From Acidobacteriota bacterium (GTDB lineage Bacteria > Acidobacteriota > UBA890 > WLXD01), in the NCBI GenBank assembly GCA_965205505.1, contig CBDBHB010000007.1:352001-416000 (forward strand): a stretch of 64,000 nucleotides of DNA, written 5' to 3'. The position numbers were made by a program, and so were the translations under genes. How positions within the stretch are numbered: the stretch's first letter is position 1; every line of letters starts with the position of its first letter. This document shows, in pieces, positions 40,366-50,312 of the stretch. The notes under the pieces were generated by a model that saw only the letters and a program-made list of their open reading frames with translations, searched no databases and had not been told where the DNA came from.

Positions 40366-42705
40366 ATGCTTTCCAACGACGTCTGCCACGTCGGCCGCCG
40401 CGCCGGCGTTGGAATTGTTCTTCTCGTCTGCGTCGCGTGCGGTCCGAGCGCGGCGCCGGGACCACCCGAGGACGCCACGACGCTGCGAACCGAGGCCCCA
40501 GCGACCTTCGCCGGACGGGCTCGTTGCGCCGGGTGTCACGCACGTGAGACCGAGCTGTGGACCGCGTCGCACCACGATCGTGCGATGCAACAGGCCACCG
40601 AGGCCACCGTGCTCGGCGATTTCGAAAACGCCACGTTCACACACGACGGTACGGTGACGCGCTTCTCGCGTGGCACGGGTACCTACTCCGTGCAGACCGT
40701 CGGGCCGAGCGGCGAGGTATCCGACTACCCGGTGGCTTTCACGTTCGGCGTCGAGCCGCTGCAGCAGTACCTCCTCGAGCTCCCTGGCGGACGTTACCAG
40801 GCGCTCGGAGTGGCCTGGGACACTCGGGCCGAGAACCAAGGTGGCCAGCGTTGGTTCGACCTCTACCCCGAGCAGGTGCTCGAGCCAGGCGATCCACTGC
40901 ACTGGACGGGAGTCAACCAGAACTGGAACCGGATGTGCGCCGAGTGCCACTCCACCAACCTCGAGAAGCGGTATCGACCCGCCGAGCGGCGCTATGAGAC
41001 CACCTTCTCAGAGATGGATGTGTCCTGCGAGGCGTGCCACGGGCCAGCGTCTCGGCATGTCGCTTGGGCCGAAGAGGGCTCCGATGTCGCGGGCCTGGAC
41101 GCCGCCGCGATGCTGCTGGTGGTGGACCTGAGCAACGGCAACCCGACGTGGAACATCGACGCGGCAACCGGGCTGGCCACTCGCACCCCGCCGCGCGACT
41201 CCCAGCCGGAGGTCGAGGCGTGCGGTCGATGCCACGCCCGACGCGGCGCTCTGACCGACGAGTACGAGTTCGGAGCGCCCCTCGCCGACACCCACCGAGT
41301 CGCGTTGCTGGAAGACGGCCTCTATCACGCCGACGGGCAGATCCTCGGCGAGGTGTTCGTCTACGGGTCGTTCGTGCAGAGCCGCATGTACGAGGCCGGC
41401 GTTACCTGCAGCGACTGTCACGAGCCCCACAGCTCGCGGGTCTACGCGCGGGGCAACGCCTTGTGCAACCAGTGTCATCTGGCGGCAACGTTCGACACGC
41501 TTGAGCACCACTTCCACGAGACCGGCACCGAGGCCGCCGCGTGTGTTTCCTGTCACATGCCGGCCCGCACCTACATGGTGGTCGACCCGCGACGAGACCA
41601 CAGCTTCCGCGTTCCACGACCGGACCAGAGCGTGGCGTTCGGTGTTCCCAGCGCGTGTGACTCGTGCCACGCCAGTGAAGGTGCGGAGTGGGCGTCTGCG
41701 GCGATCCGGCGATGGTACGGCAACGACCGGACGCGCGGCCCGGACTGGGTGGAGGCGATCTCCCGGGCGCGCTCTGGCCATCGGGAGTCGGAGCCACGCT
41801 TGCTCGAGGTGGCGGGCAACCCGGACAACCCGGCGATCGTGCGGGCAACCGCCTTCGACCTATTGGCCCGGTATCTGACACAGACGTCCTTTTTCGCCGT
41901 CCAAGGTGCGCTTCGCGACCCCGAGCCGCTCGTGCGCCGAGCCGCGATCGGGGCGCTGGCAGGCACTGACCCCCGTGCCGCCGCCGGCGTGTTGGCACCG
42001 ATGTTGAGAGACCCGAACTTGTCCACACGACTTGCAGCCGCCCATGCATTGGGGCCGCTCCCCGCGGATGCGATCCCGCCGGAGTACAGGTCGGCGCTGC
42101 AGCAGACGCTCGCCGAGTACGAGCGCACCCAGCTGTTCCACGCCGACGGCCCGGAGGGACAGAGCAACCTGGGCTGGCTGGCTCTGGTGCGCGGCGACAG
42201 CTCGGAATCGGAGCGCCATTATCGGCGGGCTCTCGAGATCGACCGGACGTTCGCTCCCGCCCATCTCAATCTCGCCGACTTGTACCGAGCTCAGAGACGT
42301 GACGGGGCGGCCGAGCGCGTCCTGCGTGACGCGATCGAACGACTTCCCGATGAGGCAACCCTGCATCACAGCCTCGGGTTGACCCTGGTCCGCCGGCAAC
42401 GCCTGGCGGAAGCTCTGGAGCCCCTGCGACGCGCCGCCGAGCTGGCGCCGGCGGTGGCGCGCTATGCCTACGTACTTGGCGTAGGCGTACACTCCGCCGG
42501 CGATATTGACGGCGCGCTTCGCGTGCTGGGCGAGGCGCACCTGCAGTTTCCGGTCGATCGCGACATCCTGGTCGCTCTGGCGACCTTCGCGCGTGACGCA
42601 GGCAACACGGACCGGGCGATCGACTACGCGCTTCGACTGCGCGCTCTGGCGCCCCGGGATCCTCAAGTGCTCGAGCTTGTACGTAGCCTCGAGGAGCCGC
42701 GGTAA
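40366..42705 (+). CDS. Multiheme c-type cytochrome with HEAT and TPR repeats
   Basis: Eight CxxCH motifs (CAGCH, CAECH, CEACH, CGRCH, CSDCH, CNQCH, CVSCH, CDSCH), then HEAT and TPR repeats. Confidence 0.92.
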   Translation: MLSNDVCHVGRRAGVGIVLLVCVACGPSAAPGPPEDATTLRTEAPATFAGRARCAGCHARETELWTASHHDRAMQQATEATVLGDFENATFTHDGTVTRFSRGTGTYSVQTVGPSGEVSDYPVAFTFGVEPLQQYLLELPGGRYQALGVAWDTRAENQGGQRWFDLYPEQVLEPGDPLHWTGVNQNWNRMCAECHSTNLEKRYRPAERRYETTFSEMDVSCEACHGPASRHVAWAEEGSDVAGLDAAAMLLVVDLSNGNPTWNIDAATGLATRTPPRDSQPEVEACGRCHARRGALTDEYEFGAPLADTHRVALLEDGLYHADGQILGEVFVYGSFVQSRMYEAGVTCSDCHEPHSSRVYARGNALCNQCHLAATFDTLEHHFHETGTEAAACVSCHMPARTYMVVDPRRDHSFRVPRPDQSVAFGVPSACDSCHASEGAEWASAAIRRWYGNDRTRGPDWVEAISRARSGHRESEPRLLEVAGNPDNPAIVRATAFDLLARYLTQTSFFAVQGALRDPEPLVRRAAIGALAGTDPRAAAGVLAPMLRDPNLSTRLAAAHALGPLPADAIPPEYRSALQQTLAEYERTQLFHADGPEGQSNLGWLALVRGDSSESERHYRRALEIDRTFAPAHLNLADLYRAQRRDGAAERVLRDAIERLPDEATLHHSLGLTLVRRQRLAEALEPLRRAAELAPAVARYAYVLGVGVHSAGDIDGALRVLGEAHLQFPVDRDILVALATFARDAGNTDRAIDYALRLRALAPRDPQVLELVRSLEEPR

Positions 42706-42795
42706 CGAGATTGGCCGGCGCCGCTTCGTGCTGGTCGACCGACCATCATCTCGCTCTGACTCGTGTGCCGCTCGGCATCCCCGAGTAGCAGGCTG

Positions 42796-42882
42796 CCAGC
42801 GGGTCTTCACCGGGTACTGCCGTACCTGCGTATCCGGGGTGAGGATCACGAGGTTCTGCACGAGCGCTTGGCACACCAGCAT
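42796..42882 (-). pseudogene. VapC C-terminal remnant
   Basis: MLVCQALVQNLVILTPDTQVRQYPVKTRW. Confidence 0.65.
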
Positions 42883-42898
42883 TCGCGACCAGCGTGGG

Positions 42899-43027
42899 CT
42901 GCTCGCCTGGTGGGGAACCGAGATCGAATGCGCTTCCGCCGTAGCGCGTCTGGAACGGGACCGGCATCTGCTTCCCGAGGACGCGTCAACGGCGTTTGCG
43001 CGACTCGATCGCCTGCGGCTCGGCTGG
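42899..43027 (+). pseudogene. Internal remnant of a second PIN toxin
   Basis: WWGTEIECASAVARLER..AFARLDRL. Confidence 0.55.
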
Positions 43028-43143
43028 ACGGCTCGGGCGCGCGGCGGAGCGGGAAGGCTTTCCCGTCATGGGTCGAGATGACCTGGCGGGCTGAAACGCC
43101 CCTTGAACTGGACGCACGGACAAATCGCTGGCTACCTCGGCTT

Positions 43144-43347
43144 CTAGCTTCGGTACGGGTCGTTGCGGCTGGATTTGGCTTCCTGCAGCGTGCGGAAGCG
43201 CTTGACTCCCGCCTTCCAGGGCCTACGCCCGGGCAGGCTTCGGTAGAAAGCCAGCATCTGCGCCACGACTCGCAAGTTCTCAGGATCGTCGGCTCTTCTC
43301 CACGGCCTCGGCATGTCCTCGATCGAGCGATAACGAGTGACCGACAT
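43144..43347 (-). CDS. Small hypothetical protein, partner of a nucleotidyltransferase-like gene
   Basis: 67 aa; RYRSIEDM...GVKRFRTLQEA; starts 2 bp after the upstream stop. Confidence 0.6.
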   Translation of the reverse strand: MSVTRYRSIEDMPRPWRRADDPENLRVVAQMLAFYRSLPGRRPWKAGVKRFRTLQEAKSSRNDPYRS

Positions 43348-43349
43348 CC

Positions 43350-43560
43350 TTATTCCTCCCGGAACCCGAATCTTTCGGCAAGTACTTCCGCGTCGAAGCG
43401 ATCGATAGGACGCATTGTGTCTTTCTTCATTTGCCAGAGGGTACGAGGAGTAACGACCCGCACGGGCACCCCGTCACAGTCCCGTTCCTCGATGACAAGG
43501 TCCTCGTAGCGAAAAGCATCCCCCAAGCGCGTAAGAATGTCGAGGCCGAATCCGTCGCTG
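43350..43560 (-). pseudogene. C-terminal remnant of a nucleotidyltransferase-like protein
   Basis: LDILTRLGDAFRYEDL..GVPVRVVTPRTLWQMKKDTMRPIDRFDA. Confidence 0.6.
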
Positions 43561-43828
43561 TTCATCCAAAGTGTGTCGCGCTCGTTCCGGTTACCGACGT
43601 AGGACACGCAGTATACGACCTGCCGGGCAGCCGATGACCGCGAACCACACAGTGAGGTTCGCGTGCTACGAGCAACCGGCTAGAAGCCACTCAAACCGCG
43701 GCGGGTCGCTACGCGTCTAAGCAATGTACGCGGCGACCGCAGAGCACGCCGGTCGGCGGCCCCCTCTCTTGCTTCCTCGCTAAAGCCGTGCTGACCGCGC
43801 GCGTTACCCTGGGTCCCTCTGGAGAAGC

Positions 43829-46492
43829 ATGCAAAGCGGCGAATCCCTCGGTCCCTATCGCATCATCGAGCCGCTCGGAGCGGGCGCCATGGGCGAAGTA
43901 TGGCTTGCCGAGGACACCCGCCTGCACCGCCGGGTGGCGGTCAAGGTGCTGCCCGACGAGTTCGCCCGCGACCCGGATCGACTCGAGCGGTTCGAGCTGG
44001 AGGCGCGCGCCGCGGCGGCCCTGAACCATCCGCACATCGCCGCCGTGTACGACGTCGGACGTGAGCACGGGACGCACTTCATGGTTCAGGAGTTCCTCGA
44101 CGGCCGGTCGCTCGGCGACAGCCTGGCGGAGGGGTCGCTGCCGATGGCGCGCGTCTTGGCGATCGTGGAGGAGGTGGCCAGAGGGCTGGCGGTGGCGCAT
44201 GCGGCCGGGATCGTGCACCGGGACATCAAGCCCGACAATCTGTTCCTGACCCGCGATGGACACGCGAAGATCCTCGACTTCGGCCTCGCCAAGGCGTCGC
44301 CGCCGAGCCGCAGCGGCTCCGGCTCGAGCGCGTCGAATTTCTCGCGGACCCCCACCTCGCCCACCCCGACCGGCGAGCGCATGGTCGGCAGCGTGGGCTA
44401 TATGTCGCCGGAGCAGGTCGAGGGCGGGCAGGTCGACGCGCGGACCGACCTCTTCTCCTTGGGCTGCGTGCTCTACGAGATGCTGGCGGGGGCACACCCG
44501 TTCAAGGGGCGTAGCGTGCACCAGACCATCGACCAGGTGCTCCACGACGATCCCTCACCGCTGGCCGATCGAGTGCCTGAGGCACCCATCCGGCTGCAGT
44601 GGATCGTAGACAAGTGTCTCGCCAAAGAGCCGGAGGAGCGTTACCAGGGCGCCGAGGAACTGGCGGTCGACCTGCGCGCCGCGGCGCGCGACGTCAAGGC
44701 CGGCGTGCGCGGGCGGGGCGCCGTGAGCGGCGACGGCTGGAGCCTGTCACCCGTCTGGGGCGCGCTGGCGCTGCTCGCCACTGCCGCCCTTGCCGGATGG
44801 GCGGGCATGCTCGTGAGCGGCGACGTGCCGACGGCGGAGCCGCTGTCACGGTACTTCGTGAACGTCCCACCCGGACTCCAGCTGGCGCTGTCCGACATGC
44901 GCCCGGTGGCGCTATCGGCCGACGGCTCCAAGCTCGCCTACGTGGCGCTGCACGGCGGGACCACGCAGATCTACGTGCGCGACCGCGGCCGCTTCGAGGC
45001 GACGCCCGTTGTCGGCACCGAGACGGGTAGCAATCCATTTTTTTCGCCCGACGGCCGCTGGCTCGGGTTCTTCTCCGGCGGCAAGCTCCGCAAGGTGGCC
45101 CTGGCGGGCGGCGCCCCGATCACGCTGGCCGATACCAGCTTTCAGCCGCGCGGCGCCAGCTGGGGCAGCGACGGCAGCATCGTCTTTGCCAGCAGCGGCG
45201 GCACCGCGCTGGAACGGGTCGCCGCCGACGGCGGGCCGGTCGAGCCGATCACTACACTCGACGCGGCAGCCGGAGAGACCGGACATCGGTGGCCTCAGAT
45301 GCTCCCGGGCGCGGAGGCCGTGCTCTTCGCGGTCGTTGGCGCTGACGACGCGCCGTCCGACTCGGCGACCATCGCGGTGATGCGGCTGAGCGACGGCACG
45401 GTGACACCGCTGCTCGAGGGGACCGCGCCGAGCTATCTGCCCACCGGTCACATTCTCTTCGCGCGCGCCGGCTCCCTGCTCGCGGCGCCGTTCGATCCGC
45501 AGACGCTGCAGCTCACCGGTCCGGCGGTGCTCGTCGTCGAGGGAGTGGCGATGCGCCCCATCTCAGGTGTCGCCTACTACACCGTCTCGGGGTCGGGAAC
45601 GCTCGCCTACGTGTCCGGGCTGGGCGTCGCCTCGCGCGCGCTCGTCTGGGTCGACCGGGACGGAGGCGAGACCGTGATGTCGACCGAACGGCGCGCGTTC
45701 GAAACGCCACGACTGTCGCCAGATGGACGCCGCGTCGCCGTCACCATCCAGCCCGAGGGAGGGAATCCCGATGTCTGGGTGTTCGACATCGACCGCGGCA
45801 CAACGACGCGCCTCACGTATGACGGCATGAACGGGTTCCCGGTCTGGGCCCCCGACGGTCGGCGCATCGCCTTCACCTCGAACCGGGCCGGTGGTTTCGA
45901 TCTCTACTGGAAGCTCGCCGACGGCAGCGTCGAGGCGGAGCTACTGCATCGCAGCGGCAACCCGCTGTTCCCCGACTCGTTCTCGAGTGATGGCGCGGCG
46001 CTCGCCTACACGGAGGACAACCCGGAGACCGCGTCCGATCTGTGGGCGCTGCAGATCGGTGTCACAGCCATGCCAATCGTGCAGTTGCCGTTCACCGAGA
46101 GCGGCGGCGCCTTCTCGCCCGCCGGCAGCTGGCTGGCCTATGTCTCCGATGAGTCCGGTCGTGACGAGATCTTCGTTCGCGGCTATCCCGACGGCGGTTG
46201 CTGGCAGGTGTCGACCGACGGCGGCACGGAGCCCGTCTGGTCGGGCAACGGCCGCGAGCTCTTCTACCGTAGCGGCGACCGGATGATGGCTGTCGACGTG
46301 TCGGGTCGTAGCGAGCTGCTGATAGGAACGCCAACCGCGCTGTTCTCCGGACCCTACTCGGTCGGCGCGGGCTCCGCGAACTACGCCGTGCACGGGGATG
46401 GCCGCCGTTTCCTGATGATCCGGAGCGAGGCAGCGAGCGCACCGACGCTCGTGAACGTCGTCACAAACTGGTCCCTCAAGCTAGCGTCCTGA
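43829..46492 (+). CDS. Ser/Thr protein kinase with TM helix and TolB-like (PD40) propellers
   Basis: GAGAMGEV, VAVK, HRDIKPDN, DFGLAK, YMSPEQ; repeated SPDG. Confidence 0.95.
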   Translation: MQSGESLGPYRIIEPLGAGAMGEVWLAEDTRLHRRVAVKVLPDEFARDPDRLERFELEARAAAALNHPHIAAVYDVGREHGTHFMVQEFLDGRSLGDSLAEGSLPMARVLAIVEEVARGLAVAHAAGIVHRDIKPDNLFLTRDGHAKILDFGLAKASPPSRSGSGSSASNFSRTPTSPTPTGERMVGSVGYMSPEQVEGGQVDARTDLFSLGCVLYEMLAGAHPFKGRSVHQTIDQVLHDDPSPLADRVPEAPIRLQWIVDKCLAKEPEERYQGAEELAVDLRAAARDVKAGVRGRGAVSGDGWSLSPVWGALALLATAALAGWAGMLVSGDVPTAEPLSRYFVNVPPGLQLALSDMRPVALSADGSKLAYVALHGGTTQIYVRDRGRFEATPVVGTETGSNPFFSPDGRWLGFFSGGKLRKVALAGGAPITLADTSFQPRGASWGSDGSIVFASSGGTALERVAADGGPVEPITTLDAAAGETGHRWPQMLPGAEAVLFAVVGADDAPSDSATIAVMRLSDGTVTPLLEGTAPSYLPTGHILFARAGSLLAAPFDPQTLQLTGPAVLVVEGVAMRPISGVAYYTVSGSGTLAYVSGLGVASRALVWVDRDGGETVMSTERRAFETPRLSPDGRRVAVTIQPEGGNPDVWVFDIDRGTTTRLTYDGMNGFPVWAPDGRRIAFTSNRAGGFDLYWKLADGSVEAELLHRSGNPLFPDSFSSDGAALAYTEDNPETASDLWALQIGVTAMPIVQLPFTESGGAFSPAGSWLAYVSDESGRDEIFVRGYPDGGCWQVSTDGGTEPVWSGNGRELFYRSGDRMMAVDVSGRSELLIGTPTALFSGPYSVGAGSANYAVHGDGRRFLMIRSEAASAPTLVNVVTNWSLKLAS

Positions 46493-46520
46493 GTCAGGAC
46501 CTCGGCACGCCGAGAGATCG

Positions 46521-47864
46521 TCAGATCCCCGCCCGCTCGATCAGGGCCTGGGCCTCGCGGCCGGCGTCGCGGCGGATCTCCTCCTCATCCCACAATGCCA
46601 AGCGACCCTCCGCGACCACTTGCTCACCGGCAAGCCACACGGCGCGGATATCGGCGCTTCGACAACAGTACACCAGCGTTGACAGCGCATCGGGGGCCGG
46701 CGTCGCATGAGTGCCCTCAAGGCTTATGAGCACGACGTTGGCCGTGGATCCCGGTACCAGGGAGCCCATCTCGGCTCCCCAACCGAGCGCCTCCGCACCG
46801 CGATGCGTGGCCATGTCAAGAAGCGTCGAAGCAGACATGGCGAGGGGGCCGTGAACGGACTTCTGCAGCATCGTTGCCAGGCGCATCTCGCGGAACATGT
46901 CGAGCGTGTTGTTGCATGCGGCACCGTCGGCACCGAGGCTCACCGATATCCCACGCTCTATCAGCAGCGGTACCGGAGCGATCCCGGAGCCCAGCATGCA
47001 GTTGCTGCCGGGACAGTGCAGCACGTGTGTACCGGTACGTGCCAGCGTCTCGACCTCGTCTTCGTCCACCCATATGCAGTGGGCTAATCCGACGTGCGCA
47101 CCCGCCAGCCCGTTGTCGGCGAGATAGTGGATGTTGCGCCGCCCTGTCCGTTGCTCGACAAGCGCCACCTCGTCGCGGTTCTCCGACGCGTGTGTATGCA
47201 CGCGCCAGCCGCCGGTCGCAGCCAGTAGACCCACTTCTCTCATACACGCGTCCGTGCAGCTCACGGCGAAGCGCGGGGCGAGGCATATTCGGATGCGTCC
47301 GTGAGCCGTTCCGTCCCACAATTCAACCAAATCGACGGCTTCGCGTAGCGCGGTCTCGGTGGGCTGCAGCAGCTCCGGCGGACAGGTTCCGGGGTCGTCC
47401 ATAAGGCACTTGCCGGTAACCGCAAACATCCCCGATTCGGCCAGTACTTCGATGACGGCACCCGTGTGGTGTACCGATTCCATCGTCTGTATCGCCGTGG
47501 TGCCGCTCAGCAGCAACTCGGCGACCCCCAGGCGAGCGCTGGCGCGCATCGATTGCGGGGTATGCGCCGCCTCGAGCGGCCAGATGCGCTCGCGCAACCA
47601 GGTCATCAAGGGCAGCTCATCAGCGATGCCGCGAAAGAGCGTCTGGCAGAGATGCACGTGCGTCTGCACGAATCCCGGCAGCACGGCGCACCCACTGGCG
47701 TAAATGACGCGGGCTCCCTCGGGCGGATCATCGACTACGCCCAGGCGGGTAATCCGGCCGGCCTCCATCAGCAGATCCCCGGACTCGGCACGAACGCCGA
47801 GATCGCCGTCGGGGAGGATCAAGGTGCCGCCGCGAATCAGCGTGGCGTAGGGTCCGCTGCTCAC
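46521..47864 (-). CDS. Amidohydrolase, 5'-deoxyadenosine/MTA deaminase-like
   Basis: QTHVHLCQTLFRG, APRFAVSC, HTHASE, AHC, GADGAACNN. Confidence 0.88.
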   Translation of the reverse strand: MSSGPYATLIRGGTLILPDGDLGVRAESGDLLMEAGRITRLGVVDDPPEGARVIYASGCAVLPGFVQTHVHLCQTLFRGIADELPLMTWLRERIWPLEAAHTPQSMRASARLGVAELLLSGTTAIQTMESVHHTGAVIEVLAESGMFAVTGKCLMDDPGTCPPELLQPTETALREAVDLVELWDGTAHGRIRICLAPRFAVSCTDACMREVGLLAATGGWRVHTHASENRDEVALVEQRTGRRNIHYLADNGLAGAHVGLAHCIWVDEDEVETLARTGTHVLHCPGSNCMLGSGIAPVPLLIERGISVSLGADGAACNNTLDMFREMRLATMLQKSVHGPLAMSASTLLDMATHRGAEALGWGAEMGSLVPGSTANVVLISLEGTHATPAPDALSTLVYCCRSADIRAVWLAGEQVVAEGRLALWDEEEIRRDAGREAQALIERAGI

Positions 47865-47902
47865 CGCCTGGCTCCTGTGTGACTGGCCACTCGAATGACG
47901 GG

Positions 47903-48718
47903 CTACCGAGCGATAGCTGCCTCGAGCCTGGCAACCACGTGGCTGATCTCGAACATCGATTCGGGGTCATCCGCCGACGCGTCGAGTTGCATGACATACT
48001 CCGCAAGGGGGGAGTCGTCGGCCACGGCGAACAGGACGGCGCGGAACGAAGAGGTTGCGGCGCCAACGCCAGGTGCATCGTCAACCTGATTCGCAGGGTG
48101 ACGCTCGATCTCGACACGGTATCGTGCCCGGCTTGCCTCCTGTGCCGAGGCCAGCTCGAGCGAACGGAAGATCGCCGATCGCAGCTGGCGCGCTACCGAC
48201 GTCAACTCGCTGTCGTCCTGATACCCGTCGTCGTCGGCTCCGAGCTCGACCACCACCACACCCGGTGCCGCGAGCCGGCGTGTCAGGTCCGCGGGTTCGT
48301 CCGAGTAGTGCCGCAGCTCTTTAAACAGCTGCTCGACCTGACGTCGATCATAGCCGGCCTGGACGGCGGCGATCCCGTGCGTCCAGGCAGCCGCGAAGTC
48401 GGCCAGCTGCCACCCCACGGTGGCGATGAGATAGTGCAGCTCCGCATTGCCGGGGTTGAGCTCCGCGGCACGGAGGAACGAGGCTTTGGCCCCGAGATCG
48501 TCGCCGAGCTGTACCTGTGTGCGGCCCAACTGATAGTAGGCAGGCCAGTACCGATCGTCGCGGGCGAGGATCGCTTCAATATCGATCAGGGCATTGATCG
48601 CGTCGCCCTGTTCGAGCTTGGATACCGCCATTCGCAGCCGCGTGTCGAGCTCGGATTGCGCCTGAGCAGGCGCCACCGCCACGACCACGAGCAAGCCGAT
48701 CAAGAGTCTCGATCGCAT
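47903..48718 (-). CDS. Exported TPR protein (paralog of 24640-25614)
   Basis: Signal peptide AQA; AYYQLGR..FLRAAELNPG. Confidence 0.8.
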   Translation of the reverse strand: MRSRLLIGLLVVVAVAPAQAQSELDTRLRMAVSKLEQGDAINALIDIEAILARDDRYWPAYYQLGRTQVQLGDDLGAKASFLRAAELNPGNAELHYLIATVGWQLADFAAAWTHGIAAVQAGYDRRQVEQLFKELRHYSDEPADLTRRLAAPGVVVVELGADDDGYQDDSELTSVARQLRSAIFRSLELASAQEASRARYRVEIERHPANQVDDAPGVGAATSSFRAVLFAVADDSPLAEYVMQLDASADDPESMFEISHVVARLEAAIAR

Positions 48719-48856
48719 CGAACCCACCCCCGCTGAGCCTAAGCTTAGCAGGGCCGGGCAGACTACCGGCGGTTGGGGCGCAGCACATGCTGGCGCGTTT
48801 TGCCGCCCCAAAACCGCGATGCTATGCTTGCCGACTCGGTCCGAGCTTTTTCAAGT

Positions 48857-48930
48857 GCGCCCCTAGCTCAATTGGACAGAGCGTCTGGCTACGGACCAGG
48901 AGGTTGGAGGTTCGAGTCCTCCGGGGCGCG
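48857..48930 (+). tRNA. tRNA-Arg(ACG)
   Basis: Full cloverleaf GCGCCCC/GGGGCGC, anticodon loop CT-ACG-GA, GGTTCGAGTCC; CCA not encoded. Confidence 0.97.
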
Positions 48931-48977
48931 CTTCGTTTTTCTGGCAGACCGGCGGGAAGTGTGATGGTCTGCTCCGT

Positions 48978-49460
48978 ATGACGCGTCTCCTCGAGATCGA
49001 CGCGTGGATGCGCCTGGCGATCGCCCAGGCGAACCAGGCGTCAGAAGAAAGCGAGGTGCCGGTCGGCGCGGTCCTGCTACGAGGCGACGAGCCGGTCGCG
49101 GTCGGTCACAACCGCACCGAGCAGCTCGACGACCCCTCGGCGCACGCCGAGATCCTGGCGTTGCGGGAGGCCGGTCGCATCGCCGGTGATTGGCGCCTCG
49201 ACGGCTCGACCCTGGTGGTAACGCTGGAACCCTGTCCTATGTGTCTGGGGGCGATCATCATGGCGCGCGTAGAACGCCTTATCTACGGTGCACGGGACCC
49301 GCGTTACGGGGCCTGCGGCTCGGCGATCGAGCTTCCCGACCCGGCTCTGGCGCCGCATCTACGCGAGGTGCGGCACGCGACGCATCCCGATGAGTGTGGC
49401 GAGATCCTGCGCACGTTCTTCCGGAAGCTACGCGACGGCTCAGGCGGCGACACGGCCTAG
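48978..49460 (+). CDS. tadA: tRNA adenosine(34) deaminase
   Basis: EVPVGAV, DPSAHAEI, TLEPCPMC, GACGS, FFRKLR. Confidence 0.93.
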   Translation: MTRLLEIDAWMRLAIAQANQASEESEVPVGAVLLRGDEPVAVGHNRTEQLDDPSAHAEILALREAGRIAGDWRLDGSTLVVTLEPCPMCLGAIIMARVERLIYGARDPRYGACGSAIELPDPALAPHLREVRHATHPDECGEILRTFFRKLRDGSGGDTA

Positions 49461-49464
49461 CAGG

Positions 49465-50073
49465 CTACTGTCCCGAGCCTCCCGCTTCCTCGCCCGGGCC
49501 GGTGATCAGGAACAGGTCGTCGGTAGTGCCGCCGCGGCCATCCGGCCCATCCGACGTCAGGGTGTACTCGTCTTCCTGCATCCGGTAACGCAGGCCGTTA
49601 CCCCACCCGTCGATGAAGCCTGTATCCGGGGGCGAGTAATAATCGGGAACGAGCTCACGCAGGCCCACCAGGTCCTCGAGCCGCGGATACGCTCCGGTCT
49701 CGGCACGGAAAACCGCCAGCGCATCGGAGACCTCCTGCATGAGCGCCAGCGAGTTGCCGATGGAGTGCAGCTGATCGGTGGTGTAGGTATTGCCGCCCAT
49801 CTCGGCCCCGTCGACCATCCACGCCGACTCGCCGGCCACCAGCAGCAGCGTTACATCGGAGCCGGCGTAGTCCGCCCTGGCGCGCACGCTGCTGTCGGCT
49901 CGCTCGATGTCGCGCACCTCGACCTGGCCGGCGGCACGCGGAAAGGTGGTGTCTAGCAATGCCTCGATCTCATCAGCCGTCGGCGTGTCCAACTCTGCCG
50001 GCGCGCATCCTAACGTGACAATCGTCAGCAGCACGGGGAGGAATCGACGGGCGCGACGCGGACGATCGAGCAT
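49465..50073 (-). CDS. Lipoprotein with a GspG-like C-terminal domain
   Basis: TLGC lipobox; G.YP..L..L..DGWGN..Y..SDGPDGRGGTTDD. Confidence 0.7.
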   Translation of the reverse strand: MLDRPRRARRFLPVLLTIVTLGCAPAELDTPTADEIEALLDTTFPRAAGQVEVRDIERADSSVRARADYAGSDVTLLLVAGESAWMVDGAEMGGNTYTTDQLHSIGNSLALMQEVSDALAVFRAETGAYPRLEDLVGLRELVPDYYSPPDTGFIDGWGNGLRYRMQEDEYTLTSDGPDGRGGTTDDLFLITGPGEEAGGSGQ

Positions 50074-50162
50074 GCGGTCTCTTTAGCCAAGGTCTGGAGT
50101 CGTTACCGGGCGTCGTCGCCGCGGCTCGGCGGTATTGTACGCCGGTGATGCGGCCGACCCTA

Positions 50163-50306
50163 CCCTCCGGGCGACAGGGGGTTGCGCGCGCATGCTGCGT
50201 CGTTCCTCGTCAACGATGCGGTAACCATCGCCTCCTCCTCTCTCCTTGCCTCCACTTCGCAAGACCCTGTCGCCAGACCCACCACACTTTCACCACGGCC
50301 TGCTAG
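50163..50306. mobile_element. MITE copy missing its left TIR
   Basis: Near-identical to 24114-24256; ends CCTGCTAG. Confidence 0.92.
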
Positions 50307-50312
50307 TCCGAC

